Part shown: piece after piece, positions 50,152-63,062 of the stretch
Numbering within the stretch: position 1 is the stretch's first letter
How the letters are laid out: each line of letters starts with the position of its first letter
Source of the DNA: Moniliella sp. 'wahieum'
Taxonomy: Eukaryota
NCBI GenBank assembly: GCA_003971905.1
Contig: RSEE01000056.1
Location: 372,001-436,000, forward strand
Length of the DNA: 64,000 nt
Direction of reading: 5' to 3'
Translations under genes and position numbers: made by a program
Notes under the pieces: model-generated
The model's database searches: none
Seen by the model: only the letters and a program-made list of their open reading frames with translations
Told to the model about the DNA's origin: nothing

Positions 50152-51015
50152 GGTGCAACGCAACCAGGCGCGGAGAGCTAGGGGTGGTGGGCACAAGAGG
50201 AAAAGAAAATTAGGTTTGGTCAATCATTTGCTGGGAGGGGGGGGGTCCTTGAATATTCACGAGAAGGTATCTGGTCGGGGATCGCTGTGGGCAACGTTGG
50301 GGCATTGGCGCTGCTGACGGCTGAATAGGATAGCAGAGACAGCAGAGCGAACCGAGAGCTACCAATACCAATGCCTGCGCTGCACTATCACCACCGGGCA
50401 GTGGGGGCTAACCTGTGCGAATCAAAGACTGCAGAATCGTAGCGCTAACAGACGAGTTGGGGAGATAGGATGGATAGATTCAACAACATACGCAGGATTA
50501 CAGGGGGGCTAAGCAGACGAAGCAGAAAGAAAGTTAGTTAGTGGGTGCGTCGCAGGCCAGGCCAAGCTCAAGGCAGGAGGAAGGATCAGGACGGGCGCAG
50601 TCTACTACGATGGCCCAGTAAGAGTTCTCCGCATGAGAAATCGGATGTCCCTATCTTACTGTTGGATCATCAGGGGAAAGGAGCGAGCAGGAAGAAGGGT
50701 ACATACAGATACAGTTACCGTGGGCGGGAGGCGTCTGGAGGTTCGTCGCAATGCAGCAGAAGTGGGACCCACGTGGGTGGTGGAGGGCGACAGCGAAAAG
50801 GAATGCCGCCCCCGCCGCCCAGCCAAGAAGGTTATAAAGCAAAGAAATCGAACGGGCAACCCTACCATCCATCCGGCATTTGCACCCACATCGGTGCAAC
50901 CTCCGTCCCGCTCCACCTCCACCTCCACCTCCGCCTCTGCCCAAGCTGAGGATCATCGATCCGCATGCGTCACATGTCACATTGTCACACCCGCTGACTG
51001 CTCGCTTGGACAGAG

Positions 51016-53546
51016 TGTTGGCCTAGGGAGCCGCGGGCAGAAGGATGAGGAGAAGTGATGGATTGGAGCCAGAGTTGGTCTGGGTACAGAGCTCTATATA
51101 GGAGGCTGGACTAGGCACAGGGACAGTGAGTCACACAGGAGAGAGTGCAGGGCACAGGGACAGTGACACGCAGGGACGTCAGCGTGGAAGCCGATGGAAC
51201 CGAGGCGAACCTGGTCTACCGACTGGAGCCAGAGGATCACAGTCAACACCCCCGCTGGCCAGGGAACCCGGAGACATCGGTTGTGGGATGAGCTCCTGCC
51301 AGTGGATGTAGAGAGGGGAGGACTTGAGTGGCAACCGGGACGAATGGCCTGGAGTTGTGCATGGCCACACGACTGGCCTACACCCCCGCTGTCCAGGATG
51401 ACACCTGAACGAGCCGAGCGCTTGTGGTTGGTGTATTGTGCGACCGCCAGATGCTTGTAGAAGTCTTAGAAGTAAAAGTAGTAGGGGTTGCGCCCGAAGC
51501 GATTTGGTGGGCAAAAGTAAAAAGCACCAGTTATAGGTGTAGTGAAAGAAAATTGGAAACTTGGAGTAAATGCGGTCCAAGGTCGTTTGGCATCAAATTG
51601 GATGCGTTTGGTAGTTGTTTGGTTCCGCATGCCTGGTGCCAGTGGGGTCCATTGGGCATGGGAAATGAACGGGCGCTATGCGTCAACCGTCTTGATCTGT
51701 TTGGGTTCTCTTTGTTGTTGAAAAAGAGGAGTGGAAGAAGTTGGGTGACCACCCCCCCCCTCCTTTCCCCAGGTGCCCCGGATGAATTGGCAATCCGGGG
51801 CGTGTAGCCGTGGGTGGGCACTTGATGAGCAGCCACCCCGCTTTCTGCGATTCGCCTGCGCCGTTTTGTCGTTGGAGGAATTTCGTCTCGTTGACGATAC
51901 CCGACACGTTTGTTCCGTCGTGTGTTGTCCCTAAAATCATTGCCCCATCTGTGGGGGACGAGTGTGCCGATTGTGGCGGTAGTATGCCGATTGTGGCGGT
52001 AGTATGCCGATTGTGGCGGTAAGGTGCCGATTGTGGCGGTGGTGTTGTTGGGCGGGAGGACGGGTGTGTCTTGTGGGCTTGGCGGCTTAGCTTGGGCTTG
52101 TAGGCTTGGGGGTGGGCTTGCTTGAAGAGCGCTCCCCTTCCGGGGGGATCAGATTGTAGCTCTGTTGGCCTAGGGAGCCGGACGGGCAGAAGGATGAGGA
52201 GAAGGTGATGGATTGGAGCCAGAGTTGGGTCTGGGTACAGAGGCATCTATATAGGAGGCTGGACTAGGCACAGGGACAGTGAGTCACACAGGAGAGAGTG
52301 CAGGGCACAGGGACAGTGACACGCAGGGACGTCAGCGTGGAAGCCGATGGAACCGAGGCGAACCTGGTCTACCGACTGGGAGCCAGAGGATCACAGTCAA
52401 CACCCCCCTGGCCAGGGAACCCGGAGACATCGGTTGTGGGATGAGCTCCTGCCAGTGGATGTAGAGAGGGGAGGACTTGAGTGGCAACCGGGACGAATGG
52501 CCTGGAGTTGTGCATGGCCACACGACTGGCCTACACCCCCGCTGTCCAGGATGACACCTGAACGAGCCGAGCGCTTGTGGTGGTTATTGTGCGACCGCCA
52601 GATGCTTGTAGAAGTCTTAGAAGTAAAAGTAGTAGGGGTTGCGCCCCGAAGCGATTTGGTGGGCAAAAGTAAAAAGCACCAGTTATAGGTGTAGTGAAAG
52701 AAAATTGGAAACTTGGAGTAAATGCGGTCCAAGGTCGTTTGGCATCAAAATTGGATGCGTTTGGTAGTTGTTTGGTTCCGCATGCTGTGCCAGTGGGGTC
52801 CATTGGGCATGGGAAATGAACGGGCGCTATGCGTCAACCGTCTTGATCTGTTTGGGTTCTCTTTGTTGTTGAAAAGAGGGTGGAAGAAGTTGGGTGACCA
52901 CCCCCCCCATCCTTTCCCCAGGTGCCCCGGATGAATTGGCAATCCGGGGCGTGTAGCCGTGGGTGGGGACTTGATGAGCAGCCACCCCGCTTTCTGCGAT
53001 TCGCCTGCGCCGTTTTGTCGTTGGAGGAATTTCGTCTCGTTGACGATACCCGACACGTTTTGTTCCGTCGTGTGTTGTCCCTAAAAATCATTGCCCCATC
53101 TGTGGGGGACGAGTGTGCCGATTGTGGCGGTAGTATGCCGATTGTGGCAGTATGCCGATTGTGGCGGTAAGGTGCCGATGTGGCGGTGGTGTTGTTGGGC
53201 GGGAGGACGGGTGTCTTGTGGGCTTGGCGGCTTAGCTTGGGCTTGTAGGCTTGGGGGTGGGCTTGCTTGAAGAGCGCTCCCCTTCCGGGGGGATCAGATT
53301 GTAGCTCTGTTGGCCTAGGGAGCCGGACGGGCAGAAGGATGAGGAGAAGGTGATGGATTGGAGCAGAGTTGGGTCTGGGTACAGAGGCATCTATATAGGA
53401 GGCTGGACTAGGCACAGGGACAGTGAGTCACAACAGGAGAGAGTGCAGGGACAGGGACAGTGACACGCAGGGACGTCAGCGTGGAAGCCGATGGAACCGA
53501 GGCGAACCTGGTCTACCGACTGGGAGCCAGAGGATCACAGTCAACA
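51016..53546 (-). mobile_element. Non-autonomous LTR retroelement (TRIM-like) in tandem: LTR-int-LTR-int-LTR
   Basis: Three ~235-240 bp LTRs TGTTG..CAACA at 51016-51248, 52163-52402 and 53308-53546, with two ~0.9-kb internal units. 5-bp TSD CAGAG at 51011-51015 and 53547-53551. PBS-like GAGCTACAATC and G-run PPT on the minus strand. No pol ORF. Confidence 0.92.
51961..52040. repeat. Four 20-bp tandem repeats (AGTRTGCCGATTGTGGCGGT) in the element leader; repeated at ~53112-53187
   Basis: Directly visible in both internal units. Confidence 0.9.
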
Positions 53547-54244
53547 CAGAGGATCAGCATTCTCTCCATTTGGTGCCGAGCCAGACTGGATCGGATGAAG
53601 CTTGAAGCTCTCTATACTCGCTCTGGGCAGATATGGGATGGAGGGCTCGCTCTCCCTCATCCGACCGCCCTTGCTGCTGGTAGCCAGGCGACAATCCTTG
53701 GTCGAACTGCACGTACTGCGGCGTACTACATACAGCTAGCCCATGCCCCCCAATGCAGCGTTGCAGTTGGCATTGACCGTGGGATCATCGATGCACCATG
53801 CTCAGGCCTCACATGTCAATAGCACCGCCCTATCTGCCCGCCATGCCGTTTCCCCGCGTAAAAGGGTAAGCGGGGTGAACGAAAAAAAAGAACAAACCGG
53901 CCGGATGCGCATTGGAGCATGGTTGACGGGGACGAGGGAACGCCTGTGGTCCGCAACGCCGGAACGGCTATCAAAACGCGCACAAGAGCCAGCCCGAGGG
54001 CAGGAGGAAGGGCCAGATAGAAAAGGGCGTGGGCCCAAGCCCTGGCCAAGAGAGGGTGCATCGTCGCAGGCGCATGCGCCTTAGTTCTAGTTCCAACCAA
54101 GAATAACATGAAACGTGCATATCGTCCAACCGACCGGTAAAGGGCAGGGAGAGGCATGGGACAAGGGCAAGAGGAGCGGGAAGAGAGAAGTATGATGGAC
54201 GGGGGAGAGGGAAAAGGAAGTGGGGGCGGGAAGAGAGGGAGGGA

Positions 54245-55539
54245 TTAGGGCGATAGTACGGATGACCTGGTCAATGGCCTGGGCCACATAGTTGACATTG
54301 TTCGAGTTGAGCCCGGCCATGGAGCGATGGCCGTTGGCGGTGAGGTAAATGTGGTGCTGGTCAATCAACGCTTGACACTGCCCGGGGTGAGGCCCGTAAA
54401 GCAGAACATGCCAATTTGCTTGGTAATGTGGACCAGTCCGCCACTGCGGCCGGTGGGGCGTGTGGAGCGCTTCGAGTGCCGAACGCAAGGCAGTGCGCAT
54501 ATCTTGGATGCGGTTACGACATGCCCTCGACGTCCTTTTGCCATTGGGCAAAGAGCACTGGGTTGGTCAACAAGCGCGTGCACCACTTGCGCCCCGTACG
54601 CGGGGGGTTGGAGATCTCGCTACGGGCCAGGATGGACAATTGCGACTTGACCTGCGCCGCGTGGGTGGGGAGAAACGACATGCAGCGCGCCAATTCGCTC
54701 GCCGTACAGCCCGGCATTTTTGGAAAGCTCTGGCACACCAACAAGCCAATGTCGCCCCCGCTCCACAAAGTGCCGCACCGCCCACGCGTCGGCATCCAGG
54801 TCGCCCGAGGCAAAGCCCTGGTACGCACTGGTCAAAGAACGCAAAGTGACGCTTGCGCGCAACAACCTTGCGCAATCTTCCCACTGTGCCTGGTCGGGTC
54901 AACGCCGTGGGGTGGTGCGCACACGCATGCAACAAAAAGATGCCGTCGGCGCCTTTTCCAACGCCGACAGCAAGCCGGCCTCGTCCAGACCGATCGTCTT
55001 GGGGTCGTAGTAGACATAGTCAATTGGCGTGATGCCAGCCTGGGCGAGAATGGCTTGTGGTGGCCCAGGTGGGGTTGGAGAGGTAGAGCTGCTAATGCCA
55101 TTGGGAACGCGTAGAACTTGGACAAAAACATTGCGCCAAATGGTTTTGCGCCCGTGCCCGAGATGTCTGCACAGTGGCCACCCGGCCCTGGGCCAGCGCG
55201 GGACTGGACGCACCAAAGAACCAGCTGGGCCGCCGCGGCAGTAAACGCAGGCAAGCCCGTAATCGGCAGGTACTCGTGGTTCCAGCGCGGGATCCTCGAG
55301 CCACGCGCGCGTGGCCGCTTGCACACTCGGCACACGTACGGCCGGCCCTCGTTGTCCGGTACGCACCCACACGAGATTGACCTTGGTCGGCGCCTTGTCG
55401 CGGCATAGCCGCGCTCAGCTTGAAGATGGGCGGGCGGCGCCGGGGCATCGGTCCACGCATCGACGCTGGCGAGGGGCGGGGTTGGGTGGGTGGGGGGCGG
55501 AATGTGGTTGGTGATGGCGTTGAGACGGTCGCTGGCCAT
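54245..55539 (-). CDS. AAT2: Aspartate aminotransferase (cytosolic/peroxisomal type)
   Basis: IFKL..VGAYR.NEGRP; NHEYLPITGLPAF; QTISGTGA; HACAH..GVDPT; FFD.AYQGFASGDLDADAWAVRHFV; CQSF.KNAGLYGERIG; RSEISNPP; HIT.QIGMF.FTGL; HIYLT.NG.SMAGLN. Many frameshifts. Confidence 0.93.
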
Positions 55540-57331
55540 GGGAGGGGAGAGAGGGTGTTGTGGTGGGGGGGAGGGAGACGGGGGGGAGAACGAAAAGAGA
55601 GAAGCGGGGGGGGGGGTGGGTTTAAGGAGGGGGCGCGTCCGGCCAAAACGACAAGCGAATGCTGGCTGTCGGACCCACGGGACGCAAGACTCAAGGTCTA
55701 ATATGCTCTGACTCTGGCTGAAAACAGGTGGAAATAACGCCCGACCAAATGCGCAGATAAGCCAGCCGCGCAGGGGGGCAGTGCGTGGCAGCGCTGGTTG
55801 GGTGGCAGCTCGGCGCTGCTGTGCGACCCGTGCGGCCCTCGGCCTGCTGTGGCGCACTAGCACGCAGTGGCCCAGCAGGGCGGCGAAACGCACCCAGGTC
55901 CGCCGCCAGGGGGGAGTGTGTGTGCGTGTGCTGTGCGCGCAGGGGGTGAACTTGCATTGCAGTACCCGCATGCAGGGGCCGCAGCGGCAGCGCTGGGGCG
56001 GCGTGCCGGCTTCCGCCGCAGGAGCAGCGCGGGCCGTGGCTTGGCGATGCTGAGCCTCAGCGCCGCAGCCAGCACACGCGCCGGACAAGCGGGGGGCATG
56101 CGTCCGTCGGGGCGTCGGCTGCAACCGGGCGGGTCGGACGCACCCGGGTGCCAGGCGCGCACGGCAGCTGTGTGCATGCCCGACTGATACGCGCGCCGCT
56201 CGGCGGAACGTTCCGGCCGTGTTCCGCCCGGCATCCGCCGCGGTTGCCGGAGCCGGGGCGGGCGCGTTGGCCAGGCGCGTTGGCACAGGAAGGCACAGGA
56301 ACCCAGCTAACTGCGTCGGGCTGTTCGGTCTTTGCGCGGCTCTGCGCTTCGTTCGTATCTTGGTCTGGGCGTGCAGATGGTAAGCACGCCGGCGGAGGGC
56401 GTGGCGGCGTTGTGCAAAGCCAGCCTGCGCATCGCCGTGTGCGGGGATAAGCTGGCCGGACGCGTACAAAGGGGGGCGCACCCGCTGCCCACGCCCCCGC
56501 CTTGTAGACCAACACGATCATCATGCTATTCGCGGGGTCAGGTTCGTCGATTGTCACTAGCTAGTCATTCTAGTACCCCCTGGATGGCAGCGAACCCTCC
56601 CTGTCTCTCCCTAGCCACTGCGGCACCTACTGTTGGTTGGGCTGCTTGATTGTGGGGTCGTCTGTCTTCGTGCAGCCTTCTGTGTAGGTGCTATAGGGTC
56701 AGCGCATCTCACCCTCCTCCGCAACTCTCCGATCTTATGCCTGCGTCTCCAGTTGGAATCGGCACATGACAAAACTTGAAGCTTGACCCCGACCGACCCC
56801 CACAAAGCCCCCGCCCGCCCCACCCCCGCACAAGCGGTGCATCTCTGAGCCAGCCGCCCGTGTTAATAGCGCATCGGGTGCGCCAGAACCAGCGGCTGCA
56901 CTGGCCTTGGCCCAGCGGCCGCCTGCTAAAGCCCATGACCCGCAGCGTGTATTGCGGGGGCGGGGGGGGGGCGCTTATCGCGCAGACTGAGAGCACAGCG
57001 GCTATAACGCGGGGGACCAAGCTGGCGCTGCGTATTGAACGTTGCACAGACCGACACCAGTGCTTGCACGTCACGTGGGGGGTCGCGGTACGTAAGCCAG
57101 CGGAGACAGTTGAAAGTTGCAAGGGAAGGCGGCGTGTTGTTCGGTGTGCTTCGTTGGCCGGTTATAAGGATAGGGTTGCGCAACCCTAGGCCAATGGGGC
57201 GGGCGTGGTTGGGTGCGGGCGTGCTTTGTGGGCACACCACTGCCACACCGCCTCCGCCCGGCGTCTCTCGCTGCGCGCGCCTTCTCCTCCGCCTCGGCAA
57301 TCCTCCGCTGCGCCTGGCCACGCATCCCACC

Positions 57332-60300
57332 ATGGCCACTGCGTATGGCTGGCCCCGCCACGCCGCCGCGCCGCCCCCCGCGCCGGCCGCCCGCGCGCCC
57401 CGCCGACGCCGACGACACGTGCCGCATCTGCCGCTGCGGCCCCGAGCCTGCCAGCCGCTGCACCACCCCTGCAAGTGCACCGCTCCATCCGCGCCTGCCA
57501 CCAGGACTGGTGCGTCCCTCTCCGAAGCCCTGCGCCCTGCGCCCCGTGCCTAACCCCCCCCCCCCCCCCAACCCAGCCTCGTCGAGTGGCTCCAGCACAG
57601 CCGCAAAATACTGCGAGCTGTGCGGCCACTACTATGTCTTCCACCGCAGATACCGCGCCTCGATGCCGTCGGCCGCCTGCCCGCGTACCACTATGTCCGC
57701 AAGCTCCTCTCCCGCCCACCTTCTGGGCCCACTGCTCCTCCGCCTCGCGCTCTGTGCCCTGTCTGGCTCGTCGCCTTCCCGCTCTCAACATCTTCTATCT
57801 CCGCCGCCTGTTTGCCGGCGTCGATCTGCTGGTCGATGCGCTCGAGACATGGTCCCTCTCCGACCTGCTCCGCTCCTCCGACCGCTCCTCCGGCCCCGAC
57901 CCCGCCGCCGCCCCGCGCCGACGCCGCCAGCCGCACCAGCCCACACGCCTCGTCCGACCCCGCGCTTCCGTGGGACCCAGCCCCTGCTCGCCCGCCTCTG
58001 GGCCATGTTCTTCTCCCCCGCCCCGCCTGCCCAGCCCCACCACCAGCCAGGACCGCTGTCGTGGGAGTCCTGGGCTCGTATTGACCTGTCTTCTCTCCTC
58101 GCCTCGACCAGCGACAATGTGTTCCAGGCCTGGTCTTGACCGCCGTCATCATCGTCGTCTTTGTCTCCATCTTTCTCTTGCGCGAGTGATCGTGCAGAAT
58201 ATGCCCCACGCGCCCATCCTTGGCGACAACCCCGCAGAGGAGGAGGCAGAAGAAGGAGAAGAACAGTGCAACCACCTGAGATGCCACCCCCGCGCTTTGA
58301 CGTTTTCTTCCCGCGCCCTGTACCGGCCATCGACCCCCCCCTTTGCTGACGCTCCTGTCGACGCGGATGACGTAGCGCAAGAGACGATGCGCCGGCATCC
58401 GATGCGGCCCAGCGCTCCATGTCTCAGCACGACTCGGAAGACGATGATTGGGGCTTGGAAGAAGACATTGACGATCCCTTTCCCGATTGGAACCGCACCT
58501 TTGAGGGGCCCATGGCGCCCCCCAAGTGCCCAATGTCGATGAACTCGCCGCCCCGGTCGGCCCAGCTCCACCCAACCCCGCTGTCCCCCTGCCCCCGCAC
58601 CTGGATTGGCTCCGTGCCCCCTCGCCTCCCCATCTGGACGACGCTGCCATGGCCCTCACCCCCGACGAGGTCCTTCGCGCGCGTCGTCGGCAGTTGCGGG
58701 AACAGATGGGCATGCCGCCGGAATCCGAACCGACATTCGCCACTTCCCACGCGTTCGAGGCCCCTGCCCAAGGAGCAGCGAGGGAGGGCAATTCGGACCC
58801 GGCGGCTCACGCGATGGACATGGACCGGCGGCGGCGCCGCATGCAGGCACTTTGTTGGACCCGCACCTGGATGTCCGAGGTGCCGCGGCTGCACCCGAAG
58901 GTCTTCCGACGGGCATCGACCTGGACCAAGCGGCTCCTCCAGTGGTGCCGCCAGGCCTCCTGGGCCATGTGCATCCACCCCACCCACAGGGTGCCCCCGC
59001 TGGCGCGCCCGATGGGATGCGCACCTACCTCGTCCCGATTCGCCCGCCTCTTGATGCAACGGCAGGGATTCAGGGGACCCAGTCGGATTATGCGAATTAC
59101 ATTGATGCGGTCGGTAATATCCTCACCTACGACGGGATGCAGGGCATGTCCATTGCCGAGCCCGTGACCGACGAGCAGCCGCACCGCCGCCATGCCCATG
59201 CGGAAGCGGAGGGAGGGGGCGGAGCTGCGTTGGATGCTCTTCCCGCCCCGGGGCACGAGGAGCAGGGCCCAGCAGCGCAGGGGCTGGATGCTGGCGACGA
59301 CGAAGGATGGGAAGACGTGGATGAAAATGAGGATGAGGACCCTCCGGCCGAAGCATGGGATGAGGAGGACGAGGAAGGGGATGAACGTATGATGGAGGAT
59401 GACATGGATGGGATTTTCGAGGCGATCGGCTTGCATGGTCCCATCATGGGCCTGGTGCAGAACTTGGCCATCCTTTCGGCACTCTGCAGTTTTGGCATCC
59501 TCTTCCTCGGTGCCCTGCCGCTCTTCATGGGCCGGTGTCTCCGCACGGGCGAGGCTGTGATTGCGTTGGGCAAGGCTCCCATTTATCTCTTGCGCCTTGT
59601 CACTGATCCTTTCTTTGATGCGCTCATCACGGGCTTGGAACGTGTGCTGTCCCAGCTGTTTGGCACCGACCTGGCCTCCCTCGTGCCTGCTTCGGCGCCC
59701 GCCGCAGCGAGCGAGGCCGTCCAGGCCGTCGCTACCCCGCTGTCCGCCGGCCCTGCCTCCTCCTCCTCCTCGTTATGGGGTGCCGCCGAAACGCAGGTGC
59801 AGCACGTGCTCTCCGTGACCCACGCCTACCTCCTTGACGCCCACGATCGATTCCGCGTGTATGTGATGGGCACCTCCATCGCCCAGCGCGTGACGGCCAT
59901 CCTGCTCGGGTATGCCTACTACATTGGCTTTCTGCTTGTGCATCTCAACCTGTCCATGCGCCTCAATTGGAAGATGGACGAGTGGATGCTGCAGTGGACC
60001 AAGTCCCAACTGGTGGTGATCAAGGTGGGTGGATTCATCGGGATTGAGCTGATCGTTTCCCCCTTGGGTGTGGTGTGCTGCTGCTGGACCTGGCCACGTT
60101 GCCGCTCCAACTGGGTCCCGGGCCGGGCGGCCTGGATGCGCAGCAGGCGCTGGCCTTGCGAAGCCAGTCGTTCGCCTCGGCGCCGATTACCTGGACGTTC
60201 CTCCACTGGGTGGCCGGCACGCTGTACATGTTCTTCTTTGCTCAGTTTGTTAGTCTCACCCGGGACATTGCGCGTCCAGGCGTGCTGTGCTGGATCCGGG

Positions 60301-62191
60301 ACCCGAACGACCCAACTTCCAGCCTGTCAAGGAGATCCTCGAGCGCCGTTCCGTCACCCAGCTGGCCAAGACCGGGCTCAGCATCTTGATCTACGCCGTG
60401 GCGCTGTTCAGCACGGTGGCCCTACCGAGTTTCCTCGCGCGCTACGCTGCGCCACTACTGGGCGTGCACGTGGTACCGATCCAACTGCACTACTCGAGCT
60501 ACGCCTCGTACGGCCTCGAGCTAGCCGGCATCCTGACCTTGTTCCCCTGGCTGATCAAGAAGGCGTCGCCACCACGCATGACCAAGCGCCTCTACTCGCG
60601 CTGGTGGAAATTCGTCGCGCGTCAGCTCCGTCTCTCCTCCTTCCTCCTCGCGGCGGACGCCACCTCGCCGAGGAAGGCTGGCCCCTCCACGACATGGACC
60701 AAGTCGACCCTCTCCCGGTCCCCTTGGACCCCATGTCTCTCCGTCTCGCCAGCTTGGTCCCCGGTACAGACTCTCGCCCCGCCGTCCCCGGCGCTGGGCC
60801 GGACGACCCAGCCCAGCTTACCGCCGCCCCGCCGAAACGCCCCTCCCGCTCCAATCTGGCGCAGCGGCGCCGACGGCAACGCCAACGCCAACGCGGCGGC
60901 AAGAGCGCATGGAAGCCGATACGCCGCCGCAGGGCACGTTTGCGCGCGTGCCCGCGGACAACAATGCGATCATGTCGACGGCGCTGGTGATTCCTACCAA
61001 TGCGCGCGGCATCCCGCTCGACGAGAAGGGCATGGCGGAACTGCGCGCACAGCATGCCGCCATGGCGCGCCAACGCCGGCGCGGCGGCGAACGGACGCAG
61101 TATACGATTGTCTATGTCCCCCGCAGCTGCGCGTGCGCTTGTGGTCCTTTGTCCTGGCGCTCGCACTCAGTTTGGCCATTGGCTTGACGCTGGCTGTTGT
61201 CGTCCCGCTCGCGACTGGTCGCAAGGCCGTGCGCACCCTCTACCGCGTCACCGGGCCCGTGCACGACGGCCATGCGCTCTTGCTCGGCGCCTGCATCTGG
61301 CTCGCCCTCGTCGGCGGGCAAGACGCTGCACCGCTACCACCGCTACTTCGCATACCGCCGCCCGGGGCGGTGCGTCGTCGTACGCTGCGCCGCAGGCGCG
61401 GAGCGGCTGGATCGAGGCGCACGTGCCTGGCTGGGTGCGGGCTGTGGCGCACGCGCGGCGCGCCGAGGCGTGCTGGGCATGGGATACGGCCAAGTGGCTC
61501 GCGCAAATCGCATTCAAGCGCGGGCTGGTGGCGTTGCTGTGTGGGCTGACGGTGCAGCAGTACATTGAGCTTCCGTTGCGCTACGGCCTGCGGCCCACGC
61601 AGCCCATCCGCATCTCGCTCGGCCAGGCGTGGGTGACGGGTCATGGCCTGGCGGCTCGCCGTGTTCTGGGTCCCCGACCGCACGTACGACCTCTGGCTCG
61701 GCCAACGCCCGCAGTACAAAACCTCGCGTGGCAGTTGACTGCCCTGCTCGCTCTCTCCCGCCCGCTGCGGCTGGCTTGCGATCCAGCTCGGCCTACGCCG
61801 GGACGGGTGGGACGGGCAGTGCGTCCTGCGCCACGCTTACCTCGTCGCTGCGGCCCATGTCGCTCTGTACTTTGCCCACTTGCTCCTCCAGTCCGCCATG
61901 GCCACCTGGACCGAAGCTATCCGCGACGAAGTTTACCTCGAGTCGACCGAGTTGAAAGATTATGACCCCAATCCTAATCCCAATCCCAATCCCTCCCCCA
62001 TCCCCTACTCTCCATCCCGATCCTACTCCCACCCCGATCCTACCCTCCATTCCAATACCGAGGTCGATCCCGACCTGCATGCCGATGGCGATGCCGATCC
62101 CGCCGAGGCGGAGGCACCTTCTTCGCGCCCCGCACCGGCCGCCGGGCGCCAGGCACCGCCACCGCCACCGCCACCGCGCACGCCAACTTGA
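57332..62191 (+). CDS. SSM4: ERAD E3 ubiquitin ligase Doa10/SSM4 (MARCH6), RING-CH plus multiple TM helices
   Basis: DTCRICRC..PLHHPCKCT..SIR..HQD|intron ~57510-57576|LVEWL..CELCGH; EDDMDGIFEAIGL.GP; KVGGFIGIELIV.P.G; HWVAGTLYMF.FA..RPGVL.WIRDPNDP.F.PVKEILER; IRDEVYL. Confidence 0.9.
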
Positions 62192-63062
62192 ACCGCAACG
62201 CGTTCGACCACGACCCGCCGCCCACAGCGACGCGGCTCAACGCGTACGAGTCTGAAGGGCCCATCCCCGACGCGTGGTTGGACCCCACGCAAGCGTGAAG
62301 GCGGTAGGGTGTCGTGTTTCCTGCGCTGCGCGCCGCTTGCGCGCCCGCTGCGCGTCATAGCTTTCCTGTTCCCCTCGTTGTTGCGTTCCAGTGGATGTGC
62401 GTATGTGTGTATTGTGTGTGTGGGGGCGGGGTACGGTTCACGCAAGAGGGAAGGATAGGAGAAGATGAGCAAACTGAAAACGCTCCCCTTGAGTTGTCTG
62501 TCTCTGAGATGGGAGAGATGGTTTAGATGAACGATGGGGTGTGGGAGGCAGACAAAGAATCAGGCACGACATGCGGCAGGAGAAAGATGATCGATGAGAT
62601 CTGAGAACCCCAACCACGCAAGCCAGGAACAGACGCATTCTCCGAGCCGGGAGAGGGGCTACAGTAGATATAGGATGGGAGACCGACGAGCCCGAGGGGG
62701 CGGCTGGTTCCCGCTTCGGCAGGGCGCAACGTGCAGCCTGGGCCGATGAGATCGATGATCGATGTTCGATGATCCGAGGCGCGGGCCCAGGCTGCCCCCG
62801 TGCCGGCGCTGGCGCCGTGTGCGGTGCAGTGCGCCTGCGTCCGGGGCAAGCGGGCGCGCAGCCGCAGGCACCAGCGCCAGCGCGCAGCATGGCGCACGGG
62901 CGCCGGGCGGCAGGAACGCGCTCGGCGCACGCACGCGCCTGTGCGATCGGCTGCTCGGCGGCCAGACTGCCTCTGTGCGGCACAGCCCGCGGCGGGCAGA
63001 GGCACGGCGCGTGTGTGTGTGCGCGTGCATGCAGCCTGCCCCATCGGGCATGCATGCTGCAT

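Noticed and set aside
51961..52040. CRISPR-like array
   Set aside because: Contiguous tandem 20-mers without unique spacers, in a eukaryotic context with no cas genes.
54832..58542. Long Arg/Pro/Ala-rich ORFs in the track (e.g. 54832-56481, 57205-58542)
   Set aside because: Shadow or off-frame ORFs caused by high GC and frameshifts. The real genes here are AAT and DOA10.
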